The notes below the pieces were generated by a model. It made no database searches. It worked only from the letters and a program-made list of their open reading frames with translations, and was not told the DNA's origin. Both the position numbers and the translations under genes were made by a program. From Zestosphaera tikiterensis (lineage in GTDB: Archaea > Thermoproteota > Thermoprotei_A > Sulfolobales > NBVN01): a stretch of DNA of 32,000 nucleotides. Shown piece after piece: positions 8,067-18,360 of the stretch; within the stretch, counting starts at the first letter, position 1; each line of letters opens with the position of its first letter. The stretch covers positions 120,001 to 152,000 of the forward strand of contig NBVN01000001.1 in assembly GCA_003056265.1 (NCBI GenBank), in the 5' to 3' direction.

Positions 8067-8131
8067 AAATTATTAAAAGCCTTTAAGAATATTTAAGCCC
8101 ACCTTTACCATGTATTCAGAGGACTGGATCG

Positions 8132-9673
8132 ATGGATTTAATGAGCTCCTCTAGCGGTAAAGCCGTAGTGATGAGTAACATAGTGAAGGTTTATCCAGAC
8201 GGGACCGTAGCTTTAAGAGGTGTGAATTTCGAGCTTAGTAAGGGCGAGATTCACGGCTTGTTAGGTGAGAATGGAGCTGGTAAAACAACGCTTATGAAGA
8301 TCTTATCAGGTCTTTTAAAACCTACTAAAGGGGAGATATTCGTAAAGGGTAGTAAGGTAGTTCTTAAAAGTGCGTCGCATGCGTTAAGCTTAGGTATTGG
8401 TATGGTTCATCAGCACCTGTCTTTAGTTCCGGTGTTTACAGGCTATGAGAATATAGTGTTAGGTATTAAAGGCGTTAAACCATCTAGGAAAGATGTTGAG
8501 GAGTTAATGCGTAAGGTAGGGCTTGAAGCGCCTTTAGACGTAGCCGTTGAGGACTTACCTTTAGGGGTTAGGCAAAGGATTGAAATCCTTAAGATGTTGG
8601 TGAGGAACGTTGACGTACTTATTCTTGACGAACCTACAACGAATTTAACCCCCATCGAAACTAGGGAACTTTTTAAGAGCTTACGCGTTCTTAAGGAGTA
8701 CGGTAAGACCATAGTATTCATAACTCATAAGTTGCGTGAGGCTATGGAGGTAACGGACAGAATAACTGTTTTAAGGAGGGGGAAGGTAGTAGGTACAGTT
8801 AAAACTAGCGAGACTAACCCAGTAGAACTCGCTAAGATGATGGTTGGTAGGGAGGTTGTCTTCTCCATTGAGAAGACGCCTAAAGAACCTCAAGGAGACG
8901 CTCTTAAGGTTGAGGACTTATGGGTTATGAGTGACTTAGGGACTCAAGCGGTTAAGGGGGTGAGCTTTAACGTCAGGTTCGGCGAGATTTTCGGGATAGC
9001 TGGTGTTGAAGGCAACGGACAGACAGAACTTGTTGAAGCTATAGCCGGGTTAAGAAACGTCGTTAGGGGGAGGATTTACTTAGATAACGTTGACATAACA
9101 TATAAACACACTAAAGATAGATATTCGCTAGGCTTAGCTTACATACCTGAAGATAGGGTTAAGACAGCTTTAGCTATGGATATGTCCGTAGTTGAGAACT
9201 CCATACTGTCGCTGCAGTGGAATAGCGCATTCGTTAGTAAGCTCTTGAGCATTAAGTGGTCTGAAGCGCGTAAGCACGCAGACAGAATAGTTAAGAAGTT
9301 TGACATATTGGTGAAGTCTTTAGACTCTCCGGTTAAGAGCTTAAGCGGCGGTAATCAACAAAAGCTAGTTGTTGGTAGGGAATTAAGTAAAGAACCTAAA
9401 GTCGTCGTAGCTGCGCAACCAACTAGGGGTTTAGACGTAGGGGCTACGGAATACATTAGGAAGTTACTTATACAGTTACGTGATGCTGGGAAAGCTGTTC
9501 TGCTGGTTTCTTCAGACTTAGATGAGGTTTTAACTTTAAGTGATAGGGTGGCTGTAATGTATGAAGGTAAGATAATGGGTGTTGTTGACCCCAGCCGCGT
9601 TAGTGAGGAGGTTATAGGGATGATGATGGGTGGATACACATTAGATCAGGTTAGGGGTTTAGGAGGTGTTTAA
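8132..9673 (+). CDS. ABC transporter ATP-binding protein with two fused nucleotide-binding domains (sugar/nucleoside CUT2 type)
   Basis: NBD1 has Walker A GENGAGKTT and Walker B VLILDEPT. NBD2 has GVEGNGQTEL, signature LSGGNQQK and AAQPTRGLD. 513 aa. Confidence 0.95.
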   Translation: MDLMSSSSGKAVVMSNIVKVYPDGTVALRGVNFELSKGEIHGLLGENGAGKTTLMKILSGLLKPTKGEIFVKGSKVVLKSASHALSLGIGMVHQHLSLVPVFTGYENIVLGIKGVKPSRKDVEELMRKVGLEAPLDVAVEDLPLGVRQRIEILKMLVRNVDVLILDEPTTNLTPIETRELFKSLRVLKEYGKTIVFITHKLREAMEVTDRITVLRRGKVVGTVKTSETNPVELAKMMVGREVVFSIEKTPKEPQGDALKVEDLWVMSDLGTQAVKGVSFNVRFGEIFGIAGVEGNGQTELVEAIAGLRNVVRGRIYLDNVDITYKHTKDRYSLGLAYIPEDRVKTALAMDMSVVENSILSLQWNSAFVSKLLSIKWSEARKHADRIVKKFDILVKSLDSPVKSLSGGNQQKLVVGRELSKEPKVVVAAQPTRGLDVGATEYIRKLLIQLRDAGKAVLLVSSDLDEVLTLSDRVAVMYEGKIMGVVDPSRVSEEVIGMMMGGYTLDQVRGLGGV

Positions 9674-9675
9674 AG

Positions 9676-10776
9676 TTGAGTGCTTACTTAAGTAGGTTGG
9701 CTTCTAAGGCATCTATGGAGAACCTATCGTATTTATTTAATATAGTTATAGCCATGCTTGTGGGGTTTCTACTGGGTGCTTTACTAATAGCTTGGGGCGG
9801 TTACGACCCTATATTAGCTTACGCGTCTTTAGTAGACACATCGTTAAACGTCAGCGACCCCTACTACATAGCCATGACTTTAAGCTTCACAACCCCGGTT
9901 ATGTTAACAGCGTTAACCTTCGCTGTAGGCGTTAGAGCCGGTCTTTTCAACATCGGTGCTGAAGGTCAGGTTTATATGGGGGCTTTAGGAGCTATAATGG
10001 TTGCTTCACTTAAGCTTCCACCCACGCTTTACCTACCACTAGCGATCTTAGTAGGTTCTCTGTTGGGTGGTTTATGGGGGCTTATCGCCGGGCTTTTTAA
10101 AGCGTTAAGAAATGTGAATGAAGTCGTATCTACGATAATGCTTAATTGGATCGCCTTCTGGATAGTTGAGTACGCTAGAGTTTACGTATACTTCAACCCA
10201 TTAAGGGCGGAGAAGACTATTAGCATGCCTCCACCTGGGAGGTTACCAATCATAGTTCCAGGCAGTGAGTTATCTCTATCTTACGTGATTTCCCTAGCTA
10301 CAGTTGTGATAGTATATTTCATTATTTGGAACACTAGACTAGGGTATAACATACGTGTAACTGGCATAAGCTACCACGCAGCTAAATACTCAGGTGCTAA
10401 CCCAACCCTAACTACGCTTTACGCCTTCGTATTAGGGGGCTTAGTATCGGGTCTTGCCGGCGTTCTAGAAATCTGCGGTAGGCCGCCTGAATACGCTATA
10501 ACCACAGGTGCTTCAAACCTCGCTGGTTTAGGTTTTGACGGGATTGCCGTTTCTTTAATAGGGTTGAACCACCCGTTACTTATAATACCTGCGTCTATAG
10601 TTATAGGAATGCTTTCAGCAGGTTCCAGAGGCATGCAGATAAGGGCTGGAGTCCCGCTTGAATTAGTTAAGGGTGTGCAGGGGTTAATCATAATTTCCTT
10701 GGCTGTCCCTGGTTTTACATACATGCTTAAGAGGATTAAGCTGAAAAGAAGCTTAAGAGGTGTTGAAGGTGCTTGA
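9676..10776 (+). CDS. ABC transporter permease (BMP/ribose-type, first membrane subunit)
   Basis: 366 aa, polytopic and hydrophobic throughout. TTG start 2 nt after the ATPase stop. Operon position matches the permease pair of BMP-type importers. Confidence 0.85.
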   Translation: MSAYLSRLASKASMENLSYLFNIVIAMLVGFLLGALLIAWGGYDPILAYASLVDTSLNVSDPYYIAMTLSFTTPVMLTALTFAVGVRAGLFNIGAEGQVYMGALGAIMVASLKLPPTLYLPLAILVGSLLGGLWGLIAGLFKALRNVNEVVSTIMLNWIAFWIVEYARVYVYFNPLRAEKTISMPPPGRLPIIVPGSELSLSYVISLATVVIVYFIIWNTRLGYNIRVTGISYHAAKYSGANPTLTTLYAFVLGGLVSGLAGVLEICGRPPEYAITTGASNLAGLGFDGIAVSLIGLNHPLLIIPASIVIGMLSAGSRGMQIRAGVPLELVKGVQGLIIISLAVPGFTYMLKRIKLKRSLRGVEGA

Positions 10777-11671
10777 CTTAACGTTACTCTTAGATGTGGT
10801 GCTTAAATCTACGTGGGCTTTAATGCCGATCCTACTCGCTGCTTTAGGCGAGATCTTCAGCGAAAGAAGTGGTGTAGTTAATATAGGCTTAGAAGGTATA
10901 ATGCTGCTTTCCGCTTTAGCGGCTGTGGCAGTTGCCGACTACTTCTTAAATCCGTGGGCTGGTGTATTAGCAGGCGTTGGCATGGGGTTGCTCATAGGTG
11001 TTGTGCATGGGGTTATCTCCGTCTATTTAAAAGGCGATCAAGTCATTAGCGGTATAGGGGTGAACTTATTTGCTTACGGTTTCGTCGCTTACGCTATAGA
11101 AGTTATATGGCATGTTAGAGGGTATTACACGCCAAGGTATGAAGCTAAGATGCCTAGGCTGCCTGTAATCGGCGTCTCACCCCTCTTCATATTATCTATA
11201 GCTTTAGCTATCGTAATGTACTTCATACTTTACAAAACTGATTACGGACTTAAAGTAAGGGCGGTGGGTGAGAATCCAGAAGCTGCTGACGTAGTTGGGA
11301 TTCACGTTGAAAGAACGCAATTCATCTCAACTTTAGTTGGTGCTGCTTTAGCTGGTTTAGGAGGGACGGTCTTAAGCATTGATTGGTTAGCAGCAATAAC
11401 TAAGGAATTACCGGCGGGGAGAGGCTTCATAGCTTTAGCTATAGTTAACTTCGCTAATTGGAACCCCACATATGCTTTAGGGGGTAGCTTCGTCTTCGGA
11501 TTTTTATGGACTTTAAGTGAGTACCTAAAGAATTTAGAGGTGGCTAAGGCTTTAATACCGATACCTTTAATAAACACTATTCCATATATAGCTACGTTAG
11601 CTATTACGGCAGGTCTTATAGGTAGGGCGAGACCGCCTAGACATGTAGGTAAGCCCTATAAGAAAGAGTAG
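10760..11671 (+). CDS. ABC transporter permease (BMP/ribose-type, second membrane subunit)
   Basis: 303 aa, polytopic. The start (TTG 10760 or GTG 10766) overlaps the end of the preceding permease gene and is preceded by GAGGTG. Confidence 0.85.
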   Translation: MLKVLDLTLLLDVVLKSTWALMPILLAALGEIFSERSGVVNIGLEGIMLLSALAAVAVADYFLNPWAGVLAGVGMGLLIGVVHGVISVYLKGDQVISGIGVNLFAYGFVAYAIEVIWHVRGYYTPRYEAKMPRLPVIGVSPLFILSIALAIVMYFILYKTDYGLKVRAVGENPEAADVVGIHVERTQFISTLVGAALAGLGGTVLSIDWLAAITKELPAGRGFIALAIVNFANWNPTYALGGSFVFGFLWTLSEYLKNLEVAKALIPIPLINTIPYIATLAITAGLIGRARPPRHVGKPYKKE

Positions 11672-11674
11672 GGT

Positions 11675-13063
11675 TTAATGTTTTTTAATGACTGGCTTGT
11701 TCCACTGACCGTATTTAAGCCATAATATAGCCGCTAAACCGGATACGTAATTACTTAAAGACATGGCTAACCATATACCGTAAGACCCTAAGCCAACACT
11801 GTAAGCTAGCAGGTAACCTACACCGATCCTAACCCCCCAAAGCCTCACCATACCCACTAGCGTCGGGAATAACGTATGTCCTGACCCCCTACCTACAGAC
11901 ATAGCGACGAAGAACATCGCGAAGAATGGAAGGCTGAAGAGGAAAGTTTCGATGAAGGTTATGGCTTCAGAGTAGATTATCTCGTCATTCGTGAAGCTTG
12001 ACACTAAGAAGTGCCTAGCTGGATAAACCAGTAAAGTCCCTACGAAAGTTAATAAAGCTATTGAGTAAAGAGCTTTCCAAGCCACTGACTTACTCCTGCT
12101 TAAGTTACCGGCTCCTAGGCTCTGCCCAACCATTATAGCAACGGAGGCTGTGAAACCCCATAACATAGCGTCAGCTAAATCCATTATTATAAAACCTATG
12201 GAGAAAGCCGCAGCGACAGCAACCCCGAAAGAATTAACTAACCTGTTCTGAAACATGAAGGCTATACTATTAGAGGCTTGAAATATGAAGACCGGAAGCC
12301 CTATTCTTAAGTTGGAAATCACCCAATCCGCACCTAAATGTTTCGTGAATCCAACCTTCAACTCAGGGAATTTCCGCTTAATAAACGTTAATAAAGCAAT
12401 AACGCCGACGAAACGTGATAGTACCGTAGCTATAGCTGCTCCAGCAACACCTAGCCTTGGGAAGCCCCACAAACCTAAGATCATTATAGGATCTAACACT
12501 ATATTTAAGGACGCTGATATGCCGTTAACTATAGCTGGGGTTTTAGTGTCGCCTATTGATTGAAACACTGTAGAGTATGTTAACATGAAGTAAGAAAGGA
12601 GCAAGTCGAAGGATATTATCCCTGCGTAAGTAACTACGTCATTAAATATTTCAGGTGGTGTAGCTACTATATACTTGAATATTGACTCACGTATTGTGAA
12701 GTAAGTAAGTCCTAAAACTATACCTGTTAATGAAGTAATCGTGAAAAACTTTGAAGCTATCTCGCTGGCTTTGTCATATACTTTAGCACCTATGTATTGA
12801 GATAGGAGCGCCATATTAGCCGTGCTTAAAGCCATGGCTAAGGCGTTGAAGAACATTAACGAAGGCCATACCTGCCTAGGCACAGCCATGGCTACATCGC
12901 TATATCTACTTAACCAGTAGGCGTCGGCTATGTTGTAGGATACGTTAACCAGTTGAACAATCATTAAAGGGGTTCCAAGCCATATTAACGTTTTCAACAC
13001 AGGTCCATTAACGATTCTTTCACGGTATTTATCCACTACAGCAGCTGTGTTACTGCTTTTCAC
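11675..13063 (-). CDS. MATE-family multidrug/toxin efflux transporter
   Basis: 462 aa with about 12 hydrophobic helices. MATE-like N-terminus (GPVLKTLIWLGTPLMIVQLVNVSYNIADAYWLSR) and an internal duplication-like second half. Confidence 0.85.
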   Translation of the reverse strand: MKSSNTAAVVDKYRERIVNGPVLKTLIWLGTPLMIVQLVNVSYNIADAYWLSRYSDVAMAVPRQVWPSLMFFNALAMALSTANMALLSQYIGAKVYDKASEIASKFFTITSLTGIVLGLTYFTIRESIFKYIVATPPEIFNDVVTYAGIISFDLLLSYFMLTYSTVFQSIGDTKTPAIVNGISASLNIVLDPIMILGLWGFPRLGVAGAAIATVLSRFVGVIALLTFIKRKFPELKVGFTKHLGADWVISNLRIGLPVFIFQASNSIAFMFQNRLVNSFGVAVAAAFSIGFIIMDLADAMLWGFTASVAIMVGQSLGAGNLSRSKSVAWKALYSIALLTFVGTLLVYPARHFLVSSFTNDEIIYSEAITFIETFLFSLPFFAMFFVAMSVGRGSGHTLFPTLVGMVRLWGVRIGVGYLLAYSVGLGSYGIWLAMSLSNYVSGLAAILWLKYGQWNKPVIKKH

Positions 13064-13148
13064 CTGAGATCCCTACCCCCTATATTCCTGAGAAATACAT
13101 TCTTAACCTTTAATAAGCTTTTTATCAGTTAATTTAGTAGGTGAATAT

Positions 13149-13580
13149 GTGTCGAAGAGAAAAAGACCTCAATCGTTAAGGCATTTAATACTTGCTTCGC
13201 TTATTATAGAGCCTAACATGCACGGTTATGGAATATATAAGAAGATTTCATATATAGCTCAAGCTCCTTGGAAGCCGTCTATAGGCACTATCTATAGGGT
13301 TTTAAACGAGTTAGTTAGTGAGGGTCTTATCGTTAGGGAGGAAAAACCTGAAGCAAGTAGGAGGAGAATAATCTATAGGATATCTGAGAAAGGTGTTGAT
13401 GCGTTTCTTAAGGAGACTAAAGCACCTTTAACGAAGCTTTCCGGTACTGTAGCAACGATTTTAGAGGCGTACATTAAATTAAGCGATAGGGTTGGTTTGG
13501 GAGTAGATCCTGACTTAAGAGAGAGGCTGATTAAATTACGTGATATATTAATGGTTTGCGAAAGTAAAAAATTACTTTAA
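13149..13580 (+). CDS. PadR-family winged-helix transcriptional regulator
   Basis: HGYGIYKKI ... GTIYRVLNELVSEGLIVRE matches the PadR recognition helix and wing layout. GTG start preceded by GGTGA. Divergent from the MATE gene. Confidence 0.8.
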   Translation: MSKRKRPQSLRHLILASLIIEPNMHGYGIYKKISYIAQAPWKPSIGTIYRVLNELVSEGLIVREEKPEASRRRIIYRISEKGVDAFLKETKAPLTKLSGTVATILEAYIKLSDRVGLGVDPDLRERLIKLRDILMVCESKKLL

Positions 13581-13586
13581 CTTAAC

Positions 13587-14558
13587 CTACAGAGTTACTT
13601 CCTTACCTAAGCCTTTCTCAACAGCTAACTTATAGGCTAACGCGGCAGCGCAAGCGTCTTGAATAGCTAAACCAACGCTCTTAAACAACGTTAGTTCGTT
13701 TGATTCACGCCCTTTTCTAACGTGTGAAGCCACCTCACCTAACTCCGCTAAATCCTCTGCTTTGATTAAGCCTTTCTCAAGAGGTATTCTTATGTCTCCC
13801 GTCTCCTCTAAGACAGCCTTCCTGGAGTCAACCACTATCTTATTGAACTTCGTTATCGCCACGTCGTCGAAGGCTCTGTAGTCCCTCGCATGCGCTCCTA
13901 TGCTAATCACATGCTGATTTACGCTTAACCACTCACCTAATATTATCGGTTCTTTAGTTGTTGTAGCTTCGATAATTACCCCTGAATCCTTCACTAACTC
14001 CTTAACTGAGGAGGTCTCTACGACTTTAAAGCCTTGCGAGGAAGCCCACTCTTTAAACTTAGCCATGGCTTCAGGCTTTATATCATAGATCTTCACCGTA
14101 TCTGAAGGGTAGACGTGAGATACGAACTTAAGTTGATACCTTGCCTGATATCCAGTACCAACTATAGCTATAGGCTTAACTTCCTTAGGCGCTAAGTACT
14201 TAGCTGAGACAGCGCTAGCCGCGCCAGTCCTTAATGCGGTTAAAACCCCTCCTTCCATAACGGCTAGGGGAGTTCCAGTAACCCCATCGAATAATGTCAC
14301 TATAGCTTGAATCGTTGGTAACCCACGCGACGGGTTTTGAGGTATTAAACTAACTACTTTAACCCCCACGCCGTAACCCGGAACGTAAGACTGCATTATC
14401 CCCCACCAATTCCCTTCAACCCACATCACAGTCCTTGGCGGTGTTACGGTAGCACCTTGAGAGAACTTTATAAATGCGTTTTCAATTTCCGGGATCAATA
14501 CCTCAGGCTTTAGAAGTTCCTCTAATTCAGAGCCGCTAATTAGTAATAGCTTAACCAT
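13587..14558 (-). CDS. Ornithine cyclodeaminase / mu-crystallin family protein (archaeal members include alanine dehydrogenase)
   Basis: Rossmann motif VGTGYQARYQL and the family C-terminal motif LFKSVGLAIQD. GAGGTG lies 6 nt upstream of the ATG. Confidence 0.85.
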   Translation of the reverse strand: MVKLLLISGSELEELLKPEVLIPEIENAFIKFSQGATVTPPRTVMWVEGNWWGIMQSYVPGYGVGVKVVSLIPQNPSRGLPTIQAIVTLFDGVTGTPLAVMEGGVLTALRTGAASAVSAKYLAPKEVKPIAIVGTGYQARYQLKFVSHVYPSDTVKIYDIKPEAMAKFKEWASSQGFKVVETSSVKELVKDSGVIIEATTTKEPIILGEWLSVNQHVISIGAHARDYRAFDDVAITKFNKIVVDSRKAVLEETGDIRIPLEKGLIKAEDLAELGEVASHVRKGRESNELTLFKSVGLAIQDACAAALAYKLAVEKGLGKEVTL

Positions 14559-14624
14559 TTACAACACCTCAAAACTTATCTTAAAAGAACTAAATATGCA
14601 TTGCGTTAAAATAACATTCCTGAG

Positions 14625-16127
14625 TTAAGCTGTGTTTGAAGCGGTCTTAAGGAAGTTCAATAGGAGTCTTACGCCAAACCCGGTGGCTCCTTTAGATAGG
14701 TAAGGTTTTTTAGGGCCTTCTTCCTGCACCCAAGCAATACCTGCTATGTCTAAGTGTGCCCAAGGAGTTTTCTCAACGAATTTACTGAGGAATGCCGCAC
14801 CGATTATCGCGCCTGCTGCTCTACCCACTCCTATATTCTTTATGTCTGCGAAGTCCGACTTTATGTCTTCGTAATATTCCCTCCATAGAGGCAGCGGCCA
14901 AACTCTCTCTGAAGTCTCCTCCGATGCTTTAATTAAGGAGTTCTTTAAGTCTTCGTTGTTTGTGAAGAGGCCTGCTGCGTGACTACCTAAAGCTACGACT
15001 ACAGCCCCCGTTAACGTAGCTAAGTCTATGATTGAAGCTAGGCGGTAATTCTTCTCAGCATATGATAAAGCATCAGCAAGTATTAACCTTCCTTCAGCGT
15101 CTGTATTCCTTACCTCAACCGTTAATCCGTTATACATCCTGATAATGTCCAGCGGTTTGTAGGCGTTACCTGAGGGTAGGTTCTCAGCCAACGGCGTTAA
15201 AACAACTAAGTTTACTTTAAGTTTAAGCTTCGCTACCGCGTAAGCTAGAGCTACTGCGTAAGCAGCTCCGGACTTATCGTACTTCATCTCAAGCATTCCT
15301 GAAGAGTCCTTTAAGTTAAGGCCTCCGGCATCGAAACACACACCCTTACCCACTACGGCATACCAAGGTTTATCAGGTCCCGCCCCCTCATATTCAACTA
15401 TGATAAGTCTTGGAGGGATGTTTGACCCTCTACCGACGGATAGTATCCCATTCATGCCTAACTTCTCGAGGTCTTCCTTATGAAGTACCTTAATCTTAAC
15501 GGGCAATCCGTTGAAAACCTTAAATACAGCTTCTTCAAAGGTCTGTGGGTTTATCTCATCTGCTGGGGCGTTGGCTAGGTCTCTACCTAGGTTCACAGCC
15601 TCAACTACTTTAGCTACGGTATCTAAAACTTCACAGCTCTTCAATATCTCCTCCTTACCAACAAACTTAATCTCCTTCACTAACTTAACTTCCTTCTTCC
15701 TACTCCATTCGTAATTTGCTAAACCAGCCCCTTCAGCCACTAAGTAAAGGACATCTTCAACGGACATGTTTACTTTAGGTAAAGCTATACACAACGATGC
15801 TAAGTTCATCTCCTTAGCCCTAACCACGGATTCACCGCCGAAAACCCTTAACCTATCCTTAGTTAACTCGGAGGTTTTCCCTCCTCCAACGATGATTAAC
15901 CTCTTAAACGGTTTTTCAGGGAGGTAAAGCTTTAAAACCTCACCTTCCTTACCGGTTAAATCTCCTGAGGCTCTCAGCTTACTTAACAGGCCGTTTAAGC
16001 CCCTATCTAAGTCTTCATACATCACTTCAGGAGCTATATCCTCAAAAACCATTATAGATAAAGCATCACATACTACTAAGTCTAGACTTGAAACGCGTTC
16101 ATACCCCTTAAACATGTTAAACACCAT
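14625..16127 (-). CDS. pepA: Leucyl aminopeptidase, peptidase family M17
   Basis: M17 signature NTDAEGRL, plus GKGVCFDAGGLNLK. 500 aa. Confidence 0.95.
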   Translation of the reverse strand: MVFNMFKGYERVSSLDLVVCDALSIMVFEDIAPEVMYEDLDRGLNGLLSKLRASGDLTGKEGEVLKLYLPEKPFKRLIIVGGGKTSELTKDRLRVFGGESVVRAKEMNLASLCIALPKVNMSVEDVLYLVAEGAGLANYEWSRKKEVKLVKEIKFVGKEEILKSCEVLDTVAKVVEAVNLGRDLANAPADEINPQTFEEAVFKVFNGLPVKIKVLHKEDLEKLGMNGILSVGRGSNIPPRLIIVEYEGAGPDKPWYAVVGKGVCFDAGGLNLKDSSGMLEMKYDKSGAAYAVALAYAVAKLKLKVNLVVLTPLAENLPSGNAYKPLDIIRMYNGLTVEVRNTDAEGRLILADALSYAEKNYRLASIIDLATLTGAVVVALGSHAAGLFTNNEDLKNSLIKASEETSERVWPLPLWREYYEDIKSDFADIKNIGVGRAAGAIIGAAFLSKFVEKTPWAHLDIAGIAWVQEEGPKKPYLSKGATGFGVRLLLNFLKTASNTA

Positions 16128-16161
16128 AATAAGATGTTAAGGACAGAGTAAAAAACGTAAC

Positions 16162-17232
16162 TTAAACTTGAAGTTCAATACCCCAGTACCTACTTAACAA
16201 GGTCTTTAAATCTCTTAAAGCTCCTTCACGTATTAAAGGTTTTCCAGTGATCTCAGGCTTTATGAACTGCCCTGAAAGTAGCGCTTCAACGTAGTTCACT
16301 AATCCCGATATTAAACCCTTACCATAACCGCCCTCAACAACGGATATCACAGCTTTCACGTCACTATACGCGAGTTTATTGAAGTACGCGCCGAAGGCTC
16401 TGTATGTTTCATCACTGACGTTTAACCCAGTTAGAGGATCCCCTGAATGTGCGTCGAAACCAGCTGAAACAACTAAAGCGTTCGGTTGAAAAACCTCCAC
16501 CACCTTATCGATGACGTTCGCTAAAGTCCAGAGGTAGGTTTCGTCGCCGGCGCCTCTGACGACCGGTATGTTTATTTTAGTTCCTTCAGCATTAACCCCG
16601 CCTAAGTCCCTTACGTCACCGCTTCCTGGGTAAATGCCTTCCTCATGAATATCTATGTGAACTACTCTACCTTCATTCCAGAAGATTTCTTGAGTGCCGT
16701 TTCCGTGATGTGCGTCGAAATCTATGATGAGTGTCTTATAACCTTTTAGAAGGAGGCTTTTCGCAGCTGCCGCTGCGTAATTAAACACGCAGAAACCTAA
16801 GGTAGGCGCTCCGAAAGCCACTCCATTAACTCCAGCGTGATGCCCGCCGGGTCTCGGCATTACGACTATGAACTCCTTCGTATTTAAAGCCTCTGCTGCG
16901 GATTCGAAGGACGCTGTAAAGAAACTCGCGGCGAGTTCATACGTATATTCAGTAACGTATGTATCGAAGTCTATGTAATGAAATCCTTTTCTAGACTCCT
17001 CCAGTATGTAATTCACGTAGTATTCATTATGAACTAAAAAGAGTAGGTCTTCCTTAGGACTTGGAGGATTAACCACTTTCAAATACTTGTTAAATGGTGC
17101 GTCCATCAACGCTTTAAAAGCTCTTTCAAGTCTCTCAGGGTTCTCAGGATGATAGCCTCTTGGGTCGGCATGAAGTTTGTGTTTCTCGCTATAAACGATT
17201 CTCACCATACGATTCAAAGCTGAACATCCCAA
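16162..17232 (-). CDS. Histone deacetylase-superfamily enzyme (AcuC / acetylpolyamine amidohydrolase-like)
   Basis: Catalytic motifs RPGGHHA and DFDAHHGNGTQEIF, and a later GFDAH motif. Confidence 0.9.
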   Translation of the reverse strand: MGCSALNRMVRIVYSEKHKLHADPRGYHPENPERLERAFKALMDAPFNKYLKVVNPPSPKEDLLFLVHNEYYVNYILEESRKGFHYIDFDTYVTEYTYELAASFFTASFESAAEALNTKEFIVVMPRPGGHHAGVNGVAFGAPTLGFCVFNYAAAAAKSLLLKGYKTLIIDFDAHHGNGTQEIFWNEGRVVHIDIHEEGIYPGSGDVRDLGGVNAEGTKINIPVVRGAGDETYLWTLANVIDKVVEVFQPNALVVSAGFDAHSGDPLTGLNVSDETYRAFGAYFNKLAYSDVKAVISVVEGGYGKGLISGLVNYVEALLSGQFIKPEITGKPLIREGALRDLKTLLSRYWGIELQV

Positions 17233-17251
17233 GTTCCCCTTTGATACATCC

Positions 17252-18316
17252 TTAATAAGTTTTGATTAGCTTGCGAGTTGCTGCCTTTCTCAACCTATTC
17301 ATTATGGCTAACCCAATACCCTTTTCTTCAAATCCCTCCACAACAGCTACATCCACGTCTAAACGATCAACGTTTCTTAAAACTTTAAACAAGTTCTTAG
17401 CTACTTCATATAGGTTCTTCCTAGAACCTAGTGAAAGCTTCACTGCATCGGTATAGTAACTTAGGGTTTCATCGCTTCCAATCACAGCCACTTTAAATCC
17501 GGAGGAAGTTAATTCATTAACCACAGTTAAAACTTCGTTAACTAACTTACTTAAGTCTCCATAATCGCTTAATTCAATCAGTACTAAAGGTTTTTCAGGT
17601 GCGTAATGCCTATACTTCATGCCAGGGCTTAAAGCTACTTCAGCCTCACTAAACCCTCTAATATGCTGAGGTACGTTTATATCCTTACCGAAGAGTTTAG
17701 TTAATTCCTCAAGCCCTATAGGACCAGGCCTTAAGAGAGTGGGTGGATCTGTCAAGACGTTAATGACTGTTGACTCAACCCCGAAGAACGTATCACCGCC
17801 GTCTATTATCACATCTACCTTACCGTAGAGGTCGTTAATCACGTGCTCAGCCGTTGTTGGTGAGGGCTTACCGGATAGGTTAGCGCTTGGTGCCGCAACG
17901 GGCCTACCCAACCCCTTAATTAAAGCTAACGCTACAGGATGTGCTGGACACCTAACAGCAACTGCGGGGAGGCCTGCCGTAACTACGTTAGGCACCGTAG
18001 GTTTTTTCCTCAGTATTACTGTAAGCGGGCCTGGCCAAGCACGTTTAAGCACGTGAAGTACGTTATCCGGTACCTCCTCAACCACCTCATCAAGCATTTG
18101 AAGAGAGTCAACATGCACTATTAACGGGTTGTCCGCGGGCCTTCCTTTAACTTTAAAAACCTTAGACACGGCGTCGCTGTTGAAGACGTCTGCCCCTAAC
18201 CCGTAAACTGTTTCCGTAGGGAAAGCTACTAACCCACCACTAGCTAAGGTCGCTACAGCTTCACTCAACACCTCGGGCTCCGGATTTATCGGATCTACTT
18301 TAAGTATCTTCGTCAT
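17252..18316 (-). CDS. sua5: L-threonylcarbamoyladenylate synthase (Sua5/YrdC domain plus Sua5 C-terminal domain; tRNA t6A pathway)
   Basis: YrdC motifs FPTETVYGLGAD and KGRPADNPLIVHV. The 354-aa length fits the two-domain Sua5 form. Confidence 0.9.
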   Translation of the reverse strand: MTKILKVDPINPEPEVLSEAVATLASGGLVAFPTETVYGLGADVFNSDAVSKVFKVKGRPADNPLIVHVDSLQMLDEVVEEVPDNVLHVLKRAWPGPLTVILRKKPTVPNVVTAGLPAVAVRCPAHPVALALIKGLGRPVAAPSANLSGKPSPTTAEHVINDLYGKVDVIIDGGDTFFGVESTVINVLTDPPTLLRPGPIGLEELTKLFGKDINVPQHIRGFSEAEVALSPGMKYRHYAPEKPLVLIELSDYGDLSKLVNEVLTVVNELTSSGFKVAVIGSDETLSYYTDAVKLSLGSRKNLYEVAKNLFKVLRNVDRLDVDVAVVEGFEEKGIGLAIMNRLRKAATRKLIKTY

Positions 18317-18360
18317 CGACCATCAACAGAAATAAACCTTTAGGAGCTTATTAACTATGA

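Noticed and set aside
7448-11577. Antisense ORFs inside the BMP importer genes (7448-7633, 7833-8048, 8443-8721, 9355-9639, 10419-10724, 11302-11577)
   Set aside because: Each lies fully or almost fully within a longer opposite-strand gene that has strong family motifs. They have no motifs of their own and Ser/Thr/Pro/Lys-skewed composition typical of shadow frames.
12285-18124. Antisense ORFs inside the MATE, aminopeptidase and Sua5 genes (12285-12563, 15511-15714, 17262-17456, 17939-18124)
   Set aside because: For the same reason: they are embedded opposite well-supported genes and have no independent signals.
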